From Macrostomum hystrix (taxonomy: Eukaryota; Animalia; Platyhelminthes): a stretch of 64,000 bases of DNA. The notes beneath the pieces were generated by a model. That model saw nothing but the letters and a program-made list of their open reading frames with translations, did not search any database and had not been told where the DNA came from. Position 1 is the first letter of the stretch, and every line of letters begins with the position of its first letter. A program made the position numbers and the translations under genes. Positions 24,480 to 37,930 of this stretch are shown here, piece by piece. Location: assembly GCA_950097015.1 (NCBI GenBank), contig CATNEN010000001.1:15686001-15750000 (forward strand), written 5' to 3'.

Positions 24480-26765
24480 AACCTCCTAGTGGTGAAGTCG
24501 GAGAGCCGCGCTTAACTGCTGCGGCGGCCAACTGCGGCAGGACCAAGCGAGGGCAGCGAAGCACGCGCCGTCGAGTTTAACGTCGGCGTGAGCGGAACCG
24601 GCGAGGTCGGCTGCGTGGCGCCGCCCGTCAAGCTGCTGCAACTGCGGGTCCTTCGGATCCTCCGGGTGGCGCTGGGGACCGGGAGGCTCAACAGTATCGA
24701 GCCCCAGCTCTATCGGAAGGCAAGCTTTGGGTCAGGACGCCGAATTGCCGCACTCTCAAGGCCAACTGCGGCGAGAGGCGCTGACGACACTGGCGTTCAA
24801 CCTGAGCTGCGATGTCATCGCAATACAGGAGGTGTCCATCAAGGCGGAACCAGGACTTCACTGTGAACACCTGGGTGCCGGCTGGATTTTCGTCTATTCT
24901 GCAGCGGACCAACGAGGACGTGGAGGAGTTGGAGCGCTGATCGGGCCGAGGCTATAGCAGAGCTACCGCTGCGTCTCCTTGACAGATCGCGTGCTTCGTG
25001 TCGACGTTCAGCTTCGCGGCCGAAACGCCCGCCTATTCTGCGTGTATTTGCCACCTGCCACTCGTCCAGATGATGCTTTTTCGAGCAACTCTCTGCACTA
25101 GTGGAGGAGACAGCGCAGCGCGACACCGTGGCCGTACTTGGAGACCTGAACGCAGTTCTGCGGAGGTCCAATCGGTCACTGTTTGTCACACCAGGCGAGA
25201 ACGGCAATACCGGAGTGCTTGAGGATTTCCTGGAGAGGCAGGACATGGTGTCGGCCAACATCCGTTTCCGAAAGCCACTGAACAGGCTCGCAACCTTCGT
25301 GGGCTGCAAAAGGAGGCGACGAAACGCGCGCGGCCGCAATGCTACACGTCGGCTGGCACAGCTCGAACACGTGCTGGTGCGGGCCCGGGAACGCCGCCGC
25401 ATCATTAATTGCTGCACCATCACGCCACTAGTACTGCGGTCCGATCACCGGCTCTTCGTCTGCGATCTTAATCTACGCGATCCGCTCTACCGACCACCAA
25501 AGCGGCCACCGCGGCGCTACTACCGCGCTCTCAAGGACGCTGACACACGTCGCCGCTTTGCTAGTGCATTCACCACCGCACTGGGCGGCAAATGTGGAAG
25601 CGCTGATTACACGGAAGTCAGTGCTGCAGTTCGAGCCGCGGCAGAGCAAGCGGTTCCGCTGATGCGACCGGCCCACTGTGGTCTGGCAGTTCGACCCCGG
25701 AATACGGCAAGCGAGGGAGGAGCTGGAGGGGCTCCGTCTGGGCAGGCGGCCAACCCGTGAGGCGGAGGAAGCCTTGGCAGCTGTCTACCTGCAGCGACAG
25801 CAAGCTGCTGTGGATGACGCTATCAGCGCTGTATCTGCCGCTGGTCCCGACGCTAGAGGTCGAGTGGCCTGGTCCACCATCAATGCTCTTACAGGGCGAA
25901 AGCGGCGCCTACACCTGGGCCCGATTTCATAAAAAACCTACAAGCGACAATTTGACAAGATACAAGCAACAAGCGACAAGTGACAACGATTTCGGTTTCA
26001 TAAACCGAAGCTCGCCCTTCCTTTCATGTTAAAAATAGATCGTGTCTGGTGTCTATGGGCAAACTGTGAGAAATCGATCCATTTTTGTGGAGACACTTGT
26101 GTTGCCTCTTTAGTCTATGGTCCAAAGCCAAACTCCCGGCGGAACTCGAAAATCCCGAGAATAGCGCTTTTAAATTGTCGAATTTTACTTGTCACTTGTA
26201 ACTTGTAACTTGTCGAATTGACATCTTGTAGGTCATGTTTATGAAACGCATTAATTTACGGAATTGTCACTTGTCAGTTGTAATTTGTCGGACAAGTGCT
26301 TTATGAAATCGGGCCCTGAACTTGGCTGGCGATACTCTGGACGAACGTCAAAATGAGCTGCGTGAGTTCTTCGATGCCATTGTCAACGCGCCGCCACCCC
26401 CGCTGCCCACCAACCTGAGACTGCCGCCGGAGACGTCTTTGCCGTCGACAGAAGATTTCAGTGTAGCCCCAATCACCGCGGAGGATGTCGTGAAGCTGGC
26501 CCAAAAGTCACCGGGCGGCAAGGCTCTGGGTCCTGACGAGGTGCCCATCGAAGCACTGCGTCTCTACTGTGTGGCCAACGAGGTCGCCAGAGTGATGAAC
26601 CGCGTGCTCTTCGGTGAGGAGGCCCCTAACGAATGGACCATGGCGCACATCGTCGCTATACCAAAGAAGCCGGGCACCACAAGGCTGGAGGAGCACAGAG
26701 GCATCTGCTTACAGTCCTGCGCTGCGAAGCTGTTCAACCGGGTGCTGTTATCGCGGCAGCCCGTG
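24480..26765 (+). mobile_element. Non-LTR retrotransposon (APE endonuclease plus RT start; RTE/RTEX-like), degraded and 3'-truncated
   Basis: APE motifs DVIAIQE, GGVG, LGDLNA, QLEHVL, SDH. RT domain start KALGPDEVP...IVAIPKK..HRGICLQSCAAKLFNRVL. Stops and frameshifts present; 5' end approximate. Confidence 0.88.
25918..26315. mobile_element. PIF/Harbinger-type MITE (398 bp)
   Basis: Perfect 16-bp TIR GGCCCGATTTCATAAA and 3-bp TSD CTG. Removal restores the LINE frame RRLHLNLAGD. Confidence 0.92.
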
Positions 26766-26784
26766 ATGGATCTGAGCGATTTGA

Positions 26785-26880
26785 GCGATTTAAGCGATGC
26801 AGGCCACAGTGTCTCTGACATCATGAGGATCACCGGTTAACAGACCGAGACGACCGTGCGGCGATATCTTTCTAGGCAGC
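26785..26880 (+). pseudogene. Tyrosine recombinase (Crypton-like) C-terminal fragment
   Basis: LSDAGHSVSDIMRITG*QTETTVRRYL matches the I..+TGH......RY catalytic motif, with His replaced by a stop. Confidence 0.55.
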
Positions 26881-26887
26881 GTGACGG

Positions 26888-27215
26888 TGTGACGAACTAG
26901 AGTCCGTGTACAGACGAGTTTTCCCAGAAGTCAGAAGAAATTATGCAAGACCAATAACGATTTCTTAAAGTCAACCACGGCTTGTCAGCGGCAGCGCCAG
27001 GGTCCCGGTTACTCGTTCTCGACTCCAATGTGGTTAGTCTCCAGCTAATTAAAATGTCTTAATTGTTTTAAATGTCTGTACTCCTTAGATTGTAATTATA
27101 TTCCGCTCCGACGCTCGCTCTTACGCCACAAACCGTCCTTTCAAATTATATTTAAGTTCGCGCCAGATTTCTAAGAAAGATGAAGTTAACAAAAATAAAT
27201 AGTGACATCGTTACA
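26888..27215 (-). repeat. Probable 3' LTR of the Gypsy element to the right
   Basis: TGTGACGA...TCGTTACA inverted ends; purine tract (CCCGCCCCTT on +) adjacent at 27216. No partner LTR found in the window. Confidence 0.6.
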
Positions 27216-28330
27216 CCCGCCCCTTATCCAAAAAAACTAAAGCTGCTATTAACAGTAGCGACAAACGATGAAGTAAGAATAGAACCCACAGAATCAAACA
27301 AGCTAAATCCCAACAGCGGAACAAATAACTCGCGAGCGTAGATGGCTACGAAGACGCAAAGCGCGGAGTGCAACTCACATAGCACGGCACAAATTGCCCA
27401 TAACTTGGTTCTTGACAGACTGAGTGGTGGTCACAAACGCAACTAGAAAACGCAACTAGGCTTAATCGAGTCATCTTTTCCCAGGCACACAGGCACGGTC
27501 AGCAAGAGACTGAAACGAATGATGGAACACTCCTGCTAATACAGCCGCATGACAAAATCGCATGACAAAAAAGAACACGAAGAAAACAGGACTGATCGGA
27601 AACACTTCTAGGCTTGGCAAAACTGGGGAAGTCCGCGAACGCAAACGTCTTTACATAAAAAACGCAGTCAGGACCAAACTTACAACGCACAGGGCGGAAC
27701 AGCGACTACAGGGCAACCTCGGTAACACGGCACAAACAGAAGGCAGGATCAACGGACCGGGCTGAACAACAGACACTCGAAGGCAAAAACTCTTCTCAGC
27801 GGGGCGAAAACTTAAATAAAATCGGTTACAGAACAGAAAAGACATTGCAACAACCACCACCGAACAGTAATGCAGGCAAACCTACAAAGGACTGGCCGCA
27901 CACGGCTGAAAAATAAATAAATAAGGGCGGTCACACACTCAGGGTCGGAACACGCTGCGACGGAAAGAGGGGAAAGAAACTGTGACATTAGCTTGATGCA
28001 ACTAGATGAGTAAAACAAAAACGCACGGCGAAAAGTACGGAAAAGCTTATAGCGTTGGGTAATGACGCCAGGAAGTACACTCGGAGATAATCTGAGTCCG
28101 GCTGAGCGCCACGAATTAGAAGAGCAAAAAACACAAAATCACAACATTAAAATTAACGCAAACCACATTTTTAATAATTTTTTCCGTTTTTTATAAACAA
28201 CACATTTGGGCAAGCCGGTGCTCTCATGCTTGCCGCAGATGGCATGCACCCCGGGGTCACCACGTGATCTCAGGCAGACTGGCTGTCTCCGAAGTGCTAG
28301 AGTGTGCATGCGGCCGACTTTGCGGTTGAT

Positions 28331-28520
28331 TGGTGACGGCTGACTCGGTGACGACTGGCTCGGTGACGGCTGACTCGGTGACGACTGGCTCGGTGACGGC
28401 TGACTCGGTGACGACTGGCTCGGTGACGGCTGACTCGGTGACGACTGGCTCGGTGACGGCTGACTCGGTGACGACTGGCTCGGTGACGGCTGACTCGGTG
28501 ACGACTGGCTCGGTGACGGC
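28331..28520. repeat. 30-bp tandem repeat (15-bp subunits) in the Gypsy 3' region
   Basis: About 6 copies of TCGGTGACGGCTGACTCGGTGACGACTGGC. Confidence 0.95.
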
Positions 28521-29094
28521 GGAGCGACGCACATCTATGGCCCGGTTGACGACACGCAGCAGTCGTCAGCGGTCGCAGGCGGTCTGACAAGGCAAGGGCC
28601 GCGAGACAGGTCAGAGCCGACTCTGGCAGATTTCCGACCAGCCTACGATCAGCCGGATGCCCGCGGTCGTCCGCAACGGTAGCGAGCGAGCGACACCAGC
28701 AGCAGAAAGCACGCAGTCCTCACCAGTGAAGACTACCGACCTCAACCACAGCGAAGTCACCGACGGTGACCACGGCCACTTCCGCCACCGGCCTCACCCG
28801 GTGAGACAGAACACAGCACAACAGGCAGACGGGTGGCTAAGGCCAACCCAGGCAGAGCACAGCACAGACAAACAACAGAGACCGAAAAACAAACAGAACA
28901 AGAAAACCTAAGAAAAACCTCAAGAGCGAAGAAGACATGAAAGATAGCCCGAAGAGTGCCAGAACAGACTTTCGTTAAAACTCCCCTTCGATCTCCAGAG
29001 GGGCAGCAGGAAGGACGGACACAGACTCTAACCGCGCTCTTCCCCTCACCACAGACCGGATGGGAGAAACAGCGTCTGGATGAATCTAGAGGGC

Positions 29095-32000
29095 TTACGC
29101 ACGACCCTCCCCGACCTCGTGGTGGTTGTGTGGGCTACCACCGACTCCTCCTTTAAGACACGGAGCAGATCCCGGATCAGTTGGCTCCTCCTTCGGGCTC
29201 ACGTGTCCCGGGTCCGGGGGCTCTGGGCTCCGTGGGGTGGTGGGACGAGAGGCTTGAACTGACTGATAACTAGCAGGCTCCAGATCTAGCAGGGTGGCAG
29301 CACTGCTGTGGGTCGCAGCTTCAGTGGGCCACGTCACGCCGTCAGACCGTGACACGCTAGATGGTGGACTTACTGTGCTTTCTTTGTCTTGCGCAGCGCT
29401 ACTGGAGCTGTCAACACTACTGGGCAGGACTTCAGCGCCTTCAAGGCCACTCGCATCGACACGACTGGCACCCGACATAGAGGACTCGGGCAACGCTTGG
29501 CTACTTCTGTCAGACTCGCTGACTGACAGCTTAGGGCGAAATTTCTCAACAGCATCTAAGTAGCTAGGCTTCCTCACACAGCGTTTCAATCGATCCACAT
29601 TGTACACATTGTGCTTGGGGTTCGGCAACCTCTGGTCAGACCCACTGGGGTCTGCTTCGGGCACGAGGCGATAACTCCGCTCTGTGATCTTTTGAATTAC
29701 ACGGTAGGGACCTAGCCACACATTGGAATCCAGGCCTTTGTGACTTGGATTGAGGACCCATACTAACTCGTCGACTTCAAAACAGCTATGGTACAGGCCT
29801 CTGTCATAGTAACGCTTTTGGCGCTGCTGGGCTTTGCCCCGAATTTCTCTGGCTAAAGTAAAGACATCGACTAAGTCCTTGTAAAGTCTATGGGCGAATA
29901 CTTCCGGACAATACTGTTCCTGTGGCAGGCGCCCGTACTTGAGGTCCAATGGGAACATGAGCTCTCTCCCTAAGAATAACTGGGCTGGCGTGAAACCGGT
30001 AGACTCAGCCACTGTCGCCCGGATAGATAGGCCTGCTAAGCGGGCGGCTAGTGACCAATCGCACTGTTTCTCTATGCTCACGGCACGGATCTGGGCTTTA
30101 ATGGTCTGAATGGCTCGCTCAACTTTGCCATTGGCCTGTGGCCGGCGGGCTGCGATGCGAACTCGGTCAATTTCCAGGAGCCTTAGCAGTTCATCTAATG
30201 TCTGGTTAATAAAAGCGGTCCCATTATCGGACACTAGGTTCTCCATCGCTTCCCACCTAACTACCCACTCCGACAGAATAGCTTGGGCGGTAGTGGAAGC
30301 AGAAGCATCGGGAACTGGGACAATCTCTAGCCAGCCTGAGAATCGATCTATCAGGATCAGCAGGTACTTATTTCCATCTTGCTCAGGGAATGGCCCGGCG
30401 TGGTCAACGTGGCAGTCTGGTTTGGATAGCCAGCTACCGCTGGCTGCATGGGCTCTTTGTTCCTTCTCTTTCCCTTTTTGGTCCGGGCGCAGATCTCACA
30501 CTCCGCAATAACTCCCTTGACCAGAACTTCTAGATTGCTAACGTGGAAACGTGACTTCATGGCTCTCAGGGTCTTGGATACACCACAATGGTTTATTTCG
30601 CAGTGGTAACTTTTGATCATTTCTTCCAAATTAGCAGTTTCGGGAATGACTAGCACAGACCGGGCTGGACGTCCCTTCTTGGCTGGTTTTCTAAGGAACA
30701 GCAAGCCCTCCTTAACGAACAGGTTTTCAAACTTCGACCAGAGTTGTCTAGTTTCCCGACTGCATGATTGCAACTCACTCTTGTCCCATTTCTCACCCGT
30801 CTGGACAGCACTTAAGAGGTTCGCTAGGTCTATTGATGATTCTTGCACCTCCCTAGCCCAGCTCTCTTCCTGGGCCTCCGTCATTTCTTCGATTTCGGTT
30901 TCGGTTTCCGAAGAATCTAGGTCGACAGGGCAAGGTCGGAGGGGCTTGAGCACCTTGGACTGGCTGTCAATAGCCTGAATACCGATTGGCGGCAGGGTGG
31001 GCTCTACTGTCTTAGTCTCGTTCAGATCCGTCGCCAGCGCTACAGGGACATTCTGACTCTTGTCCATGGCTTTAAAGCTAACTGACAATAGGGCGGAATT
31101 AACCGACGCTTCTTGGGCTCGCGTCGGTAAGGTGGGCTCGGGCCCAGGGGCTGTGGACACCTCTACCTCACAGCTGCTTGGCGTCACTGATTGACTCTGG
31201 CCGTCACATTGGATCCTAGGTGGAGCTACCCCCTCCGAATTCTGGGTGCTCACATTGGCTTCGGTGCTCACGGACCCTGTGGCTTGGATGCTCATGGTGC
31301 CTCCTTCCGGGCCTGGAGTCTGACTCCACGCGTTCACTTTCCCGCCTGACACCCGGGCGACACGGACGATGGCGGTCTGTGGGTTTGCCTGTTGGAACTT
31401 TTCCTTGAATGCCGGGATCTTACTACAGGTGGGGCAGTCAATGTGGTCTGCTCGAAACCTGGGATTGCGGCTAAGGATGTCAGCATTGACATGGTCTTTT
31501 CCAGCCCTATGATGGATTTCGAAATCGTATTCGGTTATGCGCTCTAGCGGAGTCTGGTCAACCCGGAAGTCATAGACCTCTATCGTCGACAGCCACTGGG
31601 CTAACATGCCGGTGGCGTGTTTTTTGAGTGCAGCCACTGCAGGGCTGCTGCGTCAGTTCTGACTATGAATGGCCTATCTAGGAGGTAGGTCCGGAACTGC
31701 TCTAACATGATAACTACCCCCAGGAGCTCTCGCATTGTGGCACAGTAATTCCGTTGCGCGGCAGAGAATTTTTTTGAGGCATAGGCTATGACACATTCCT
31801 GATCTCCCGGACCATTCTGGGAAAGAACCGCGCCCGTTCCATTCAGGGAGCTGTCGCAGTCCAGGATGAACTGGCCGGCATTGGGCGATAAGTCTGGGTA
31901 GGCTAGCACTGGGGGCGCGCAAAGCCTGGCCTTTAAGTCGGCGAATGCCTCCTCGTGCTCGGCCTTCAAAACAAACTTCCCATTTCCACGGGCCAGCGCA

Positions 32001-35000
32001 TAGAGCGGTGTCGCAACAACGGAGAAATTCGGAACAAATTTGCGGTAATAATTCACAAACCCCAGAAACGAGAGCACTTCCTTTGGATCTGTGGGTGTGG
32101 ACCACTCGCGAATTGCTTTAGTCTTGGCTGGATCGGCTTCAATTCCCTTGCCTGAGACAATGAAACCTAAAAAATTGACTTTATCACGGAACAACTCACA
32201 CTTGCTGGGCTTAATCTTAAGATTTGCCTTACGGAGGCGCCAAAGAACTACTGCTAAGTGGCCGATCATTTGATCGTGATCTCTTGCCTTCACAATAATG
32301 TCATCCAGATACACTAGGCACACTCTAAGGAGTAATGGCTGGAGCACTTTCTGCATCAATCTAGCAAAGGTGGCGGGAGCGGTCTTCAGCCCAAATGGGA
32401 CCACTGTCCAACGAAACGTGCCCTGGGGGCAGGAAAAAGCCGTTAAATTTCTGTCCCGCTCTCTCACACCTACCTGCCAATACGCGGATGTCAGATCTAG
32501 GCTGCAGAACACATGGGCCCCTGCTAAACTATCAAAGGACTCATCAATAAGCGGCAAAGGGAAGCTGCACGGCTTTATTCTTGAGTTAGTGAATCGGTAG
32601 TCAATGCAAAGTCTATGCGACCCATCTTTCTTTTTGATTAAAACTATCGGAGCCGCCCATTCCGTCTGGTGACATTCCTTAATCACTCCACAGTCAAGCA
32701 GCTCCGCGATGTACTGGTCTAAAAACTCTTTCTGCCCTGGCGATGTGCGGCGAGTGGGCTGAGACACGGGGCGACAGGTTGGGTCCTTCAGTTCTATTTC
32801 CATTTCCACTAGGGTTGTATGGCCTAGGTCTGTGTCCGACTTTGAGATTTGACTCATGAAATAATTGAGCAGCTTCATAGTAGTGGCCATTTGGACAGGC
32901 GATAGCTTGGCCTGATCGAGACGAAATTGATTTCTCAGCCACTCCCTAGTCCTTTCGTCTGGGGGCGGGAGCTTCTCCACTAGCCTGACTAAGTTACCTA
33001 CGTTCTCAGTTGTAAAATGCTTCTCATGGAGCTGAGTTTCAGACACTACTTCATCAGGGCCAATGCTCTGGAAAGAGGCGATTTCCTGACCCTTTCTAAT
33101 GGCGACGGGCTGGTCCTCACTGTTTAGCAGACGAACTAGGACATGGCGGCCATCAGAAACATTGTCCAGAGATCGGGCGACCATACATTCCCCCTCGGTT
33201 CGAAAAAGGCGAGGTCCTAGAACTCCGGGATCAGCATGCAGCACGCGGCTGGGAATCAGCGATTCAGAACGGGGTGCTATCTCAATGTCGCAGGCGGAGG
33301 TAACTCGCCTGACACGATAAAGTTCTGTCCCCTTGAATGACTGGGACCAACTCTCCATCCACTGTGGCTTTGCCATCGGCTAACAGATGGATAACCTTAA
33401 AAATTGCGCATAAAGTCCAGACCTAAAAGGACATCCGAGAGCCCCGTCTCCATAACTAAGAAAACCTGCGGCTTGGTTAGGTTGCCCAGGGATACCTCAC
33501 AACGCAGCGTACCTAATATTGCGGTTTGGGTACCATTGAATGCGGTGGCATTGCGCTTCTGTGTGGATGGGGTGAAAACGTTGTTAATTGGGTCAGCTTC
33601 TACGCGTTGGTCCCTTAATTTGGTGCCCATAACACTGGCATTCGCACCGGAGTCAAGACAGGAAATTATGCTGCTCTCTCCTACACTTAACTGGACAAAA
33701 AAACTCGACTCCGCTTGGCACCCAGGATTACTGGTCGAAGCCCGGTCACACTTGACATTGGCTGGCAACTCACTAACATCAAAAGCACGATCACTGGGGC
33801 GTCCGGGGTCAGTTTCTCTGCGGAATCTAACTCGGAGGCCAACTAGCTGACGATTCGGGACTCTAGGCCGCAGTTCAGGGTCAAGCCGGGAATAGTGCAC
33901 GAATACACTGTCCCCCATGAGACTAGAGCGGATAAACCCATGAGAGAGATACCACTGAGTGATCACACCGGTTTCGACGGGTGGGCCTCTCTGATTAGGT
34001 GGGCCTCTGATCTGCTGGCTACCCCTACCTGGGGGCAGAGGATGTGGGCACTCCGCGACTAGGTGGTCCAACTGGCCGCAACGATGGCATGCGCGCGAAG
34101 GCTTGCTTGTAGGTTGCGCTCGTCCGTAGCCATAATGATGGGGCTGGGAGTTTGTGAGGCCCCTCGGAGTGGGAACTTGGTGTGAGACCTCACCCCCCTG
34201 CCCTCCGCGGCGATGGGACGACGGATGCCCGGCTTGGATACCTGACTCCGGTTGGGTGAATGGAGGCCTAAAGCTCTAGGCTGGTCCCTCTCTTGTCTGG
34301 AACACTTGGGGCTCCTGTGTTGACGGAGACTGCAACAACTTTTGGGACTGGGAGAGCTTTTCTTCTAACTCCCTCACCCGGGCTTCTAATTCAGCGGTCC
34401 TATCGGGCGCTAGGGCGCGAACATTCGCATGCGCATTCGCTGATGGGTTCAAAAACTGACGGACTCCTGCTATCTCTCGGGCCTTCCTACGCAGGTCCTC
34501 CGCTGTCAACATTGCGTTTTCCCTGCTCTGCAAGATCAACTTCTCGGCTAGGTTACGATCAACTAGACCATGACAGAAACGGGCTCGAACTAGGGGCTCG
34601 AACTCTTGGCGGGTCATCTGAGCAGTGTGGGCAAGGCTCACAAGTCGGTCAAAATAATCTTGGACTGGCTCAGATACGTTCTGGGTGGCTCCTACGAGCT
34701 CTAGATAGCTTTTGTCTTTCTCGGAGACATCTGTGTACCTATCAGCTAAGGCGTTGAGGGCCTCCTCGATTTCGGCTTCATGCGGGTTATTATTAAAGAA
34801 ATACTCTTGGCACTCGCCTGCTAATAGCGACAGCAAAACGGCCCCTCTCTGCACGACAGGGATCTTATGAGCTGCAACATAGGCACTAAATTGGGCTCTC
34901 CAAAGATCGAACTTCTGCTTTGGTGAATACAGGACTGGTGGGCGGAGCTCAACACTCACACTGCCTCCCAATAGCGGCGGATTCATGGGCACAGAGGGTT

Positions 35001-35211
35001 GCGTGGAGCTTGCGGGTGTGCCACCACGCTGGTTCAACATCACTTGGGCCAATCTATCCAGACAGGCCTCCAGGCTAGCAGTGGCAGGTAGCTGGGCACG
35101 GGTCAGCTCGGGTGGAGGGGCAGAAACTGCGCCCATGGCATCAGCTTCCTCCGCAGCTGGATCAATATTGTCCGCGGCTATGCCGATATTCTCATCCTCT
35201 TCACCACTCAT
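29095..35211 (-). pseudogene. Ty3/Gypsy Gag-Pol: gag, CCHC, cold-shock domain, protease, dUTPase-like region, RT, RNase H, long spacer, integrase
   Basis: Gag 35211-34276 ends in a TAG and continues in frame to CHRCGQLDHLVAEC, the CSD and LDSGA protease. Then YLDD, DCDSS, HHCC and DDE. Frameshifts near 33390, 31620 and 30415. 5' LTR not found. Confidence 0.92.
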
Positions 35212-36830
35212 TCCCTCCCCGCGGCAAGGGTATACCTGACATAATACACGAGAAGATCGAAAGTAAGAAGCGAAGAAAGCAGATCGGTTGGCGGGTTCCT
35301 TAATTCTAAAGCCTAATCACACAATCAGACACAAACTAAATACCACCAACCGGGTGTCCCTAGTAAGAGAGACAAACAAGAAGCAGAACAGTGTTCTGTT
35401 CTGTCGCACCAGGACAAAGCCGACGGCCGTTATGACAGCAGACTCCGACAATGCTCCACCGCGGCAGGGACCGGCAGCCTCCGACAGTGATGACCGGCCC
35501 TCGGCTGAAAATGTCACTCGCTGCAGATTGACCAGCCTTGCAGACTGAGAATGGTGATTCTAGACAGTGATGGCTGTGCTTCGGACGATACCCAATGCAG
35601 TCCACTCACAGGCGATCACTTGAACTTGGCGGCGCTATGCAACAGGCTGGCCAGCGGAAACTAATAGTTGGCCCACGGATCGGCAGTTGGTCCCAGGCCT
35701 AAGTGTGGCGCGAAGAACCAGACCAGAATTGAAGTTAAATTTAAGTTATTCCGTTTTTGTCTTCAGGAGTTGTGCTTCGAAATCCTAACATTTTCCATTC
35801 TCGACAATATACAATGGACTATAATAGTAACCATCAAGCTATTAGCATTTCCGACCTAGCGGCACGATGCATTTGTGTGAATCTCTGTCTGCCTAAAATA
35901 CCAACCGGTAGTTTTTGCCTAGTTATATTGCTTGAGGAATGTGAACACGACTGATCATATTTAGACAGTAAGTGCATCGAACATATTTTCGGCAATGTCA
36001 ATGAAATAACCATGACTATATTTCTATCATAATTGCTAATTACTCATCTCATTTCAATCAAACTTGCAATTTTTTACTTGTGAACTTGCAATAAAATAGA
36101 TAAATAGAATAAATAAATTCGCTTCTTAATGCAATCAATATTTTTGCATTGCTTATGCCCGAGCTAATATTGCGGTACTTTATGGTGAATTTCACTAAAT
36201 TTATGGTGAAATAAAACTAGTCTCTTTCCATTGTTTAATAAAAACGGAAACGGAAACAAATTCCAGGCCTCAGAGTTTGTAAATAGTAAATTAATAGATT
36301 AATTTACTTAAATACAAATAAAAAAGCAATTTGCTTATAAATTATACCTTAATTCATTAGTTAAATAGTTCTCAGTGTATTGTAGTTTTCAAAACAGATT
36401 TTGACTAGTTAGCTGATTTAAAAAGTAAACTAGTCAGTCTTACCAAAGCATAATAGCAATAGTACTGTAAAATGAATCTAGTCCTTTATAAACCAGAGCA
36501 GTGTAGTATGCTCCAGTGCATCTAAGTGGACCAATGGGCCGTATGAATAAAAAAAAGAAATTTTTTTCTTGCAAGAAATCCAAGAATTTCTTGCGTTTAT
36601 AAGAATAAAAAACTGCGAGTTTCTTGCAAGATTTTCTCGCCAAGAAAATCTCGAGCTTTCACAAGAAAAGATTTGCTCGGCAAGAAAATCTCACGAGGAA
36701 AAGATTTTCTTGCTTTCTGATGAATAAAAGACGTGATTTTCTCGCCGAGAGAGCCGACACTTGAGTTTTATGCGAGCAACTCTTTCTCTGGCTCAAGCGA
36801 ATCTTCAGCGCCCATAACACGAGACACGAG

Positions 36831-37930
36831 ATGTTCCTTCAGATCAGAAAGACCAAGGAGTACCTGCCCCGACAGGCCACTCCAGTGGAGACATATAGAC
36901 AGCTTCATCGATTCACTGAGGATCACGTGACCTTTCTGACAACGCGCTTCCTAGGACATACTTCCGAGACAAGGGGCGGTGCGCTGACACCGAAACAGAA
37001 GATGGAGATCACGCTGCGGTACCTGAGCAACCCTGGCTTTCAATCCGGTGTTGCCAAGGAGACAGGTGTTCATCAAAGCACGGTGTCAAATGTTGTTTGG
37101 GACGTCCTGCAGAGTATCGCGCGGCTGTCTCACGAATGGATTCAATTTCCACAGGAAGGTGCTTCAGCGAACCGTGCTAAGGCACAGTTCACTGAAGCAA
37201 TGGGCTTCCCGTCGGCCATCGGGGCAATTGACTGCACGCATGTGAGGATCGAAAAGCCCTCAGGAGCAGCCGGTGACGAGTACATCAACCGGAAGGGGTT
37301 TCCCTCCATCAATGTTCAGGCAACGTGCTCCGAGAAGTGCGTGTTCACTAGTTTGGATGCGAGTTGGCCTGGCTCGGTGCACGACAGTAGAGTGCTCAAG
37401 AACTCGGCGCTGTACGCGTGAGTACCTCGTATTCATACTTAGAATCTGATTCCAAGTGGGCAAATGGTAAACTTTATATATTTTACGTAGCAAGTTAAAC
37501 ACTTTCCAGTCATCTACTCACGACCAGAGTCAATTCTGGAGTGCTCCTCGGTGACTCTGGGTACGGAATCGCACCGTTCCTAATGACGCCGTATCCGCAA
37601 CCCGAAACGGAGCAGCAACAACGGTACAATGTGCTACATGCCAGGAGCAGAGTCGTGATCGAGAGGTCGTTCGGGCAGCTCAAGAGAAGGTTCCCCATTC
37701 TGCGCTACGGTATCCGACTGCAGCTGCACAAGGCACCAACATGCATCTTGGCATGCTTCGTGCTTCACAATGTCGCCAAGTTTCTGAATGAAGAAGACAT
37801 AGACGATCCGCAATACATCGGTGATGCAGACGACCAGCTGACTAATGAGGATGACAACGCTGGTGACGGAGCTCAGCAACTGCGTCTTCGCGGACAACAG
37901 CGGCGAAACGAGATCGCTGTTATAATCTAG
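36831..37930 (+). CDS. Harbinger (HARBI1-like) DDE transposase, 2 exons: 36831-37417 and 37510-37930, 335 aa
   Basis: GAIDCTH, YINRKG, WPGSVHDSRV, LLGDSGY, IERSFGQLKRRF. The GT-AG intron 37418-37509 joins the exons in frame. Confidence 0.92.

Noticed and set aside
28139-28590. SPSQ-, VTES- and RHR-repeat ORFs
   Set aside because: All are frames of a stop-poor 30-bp tandem repeat
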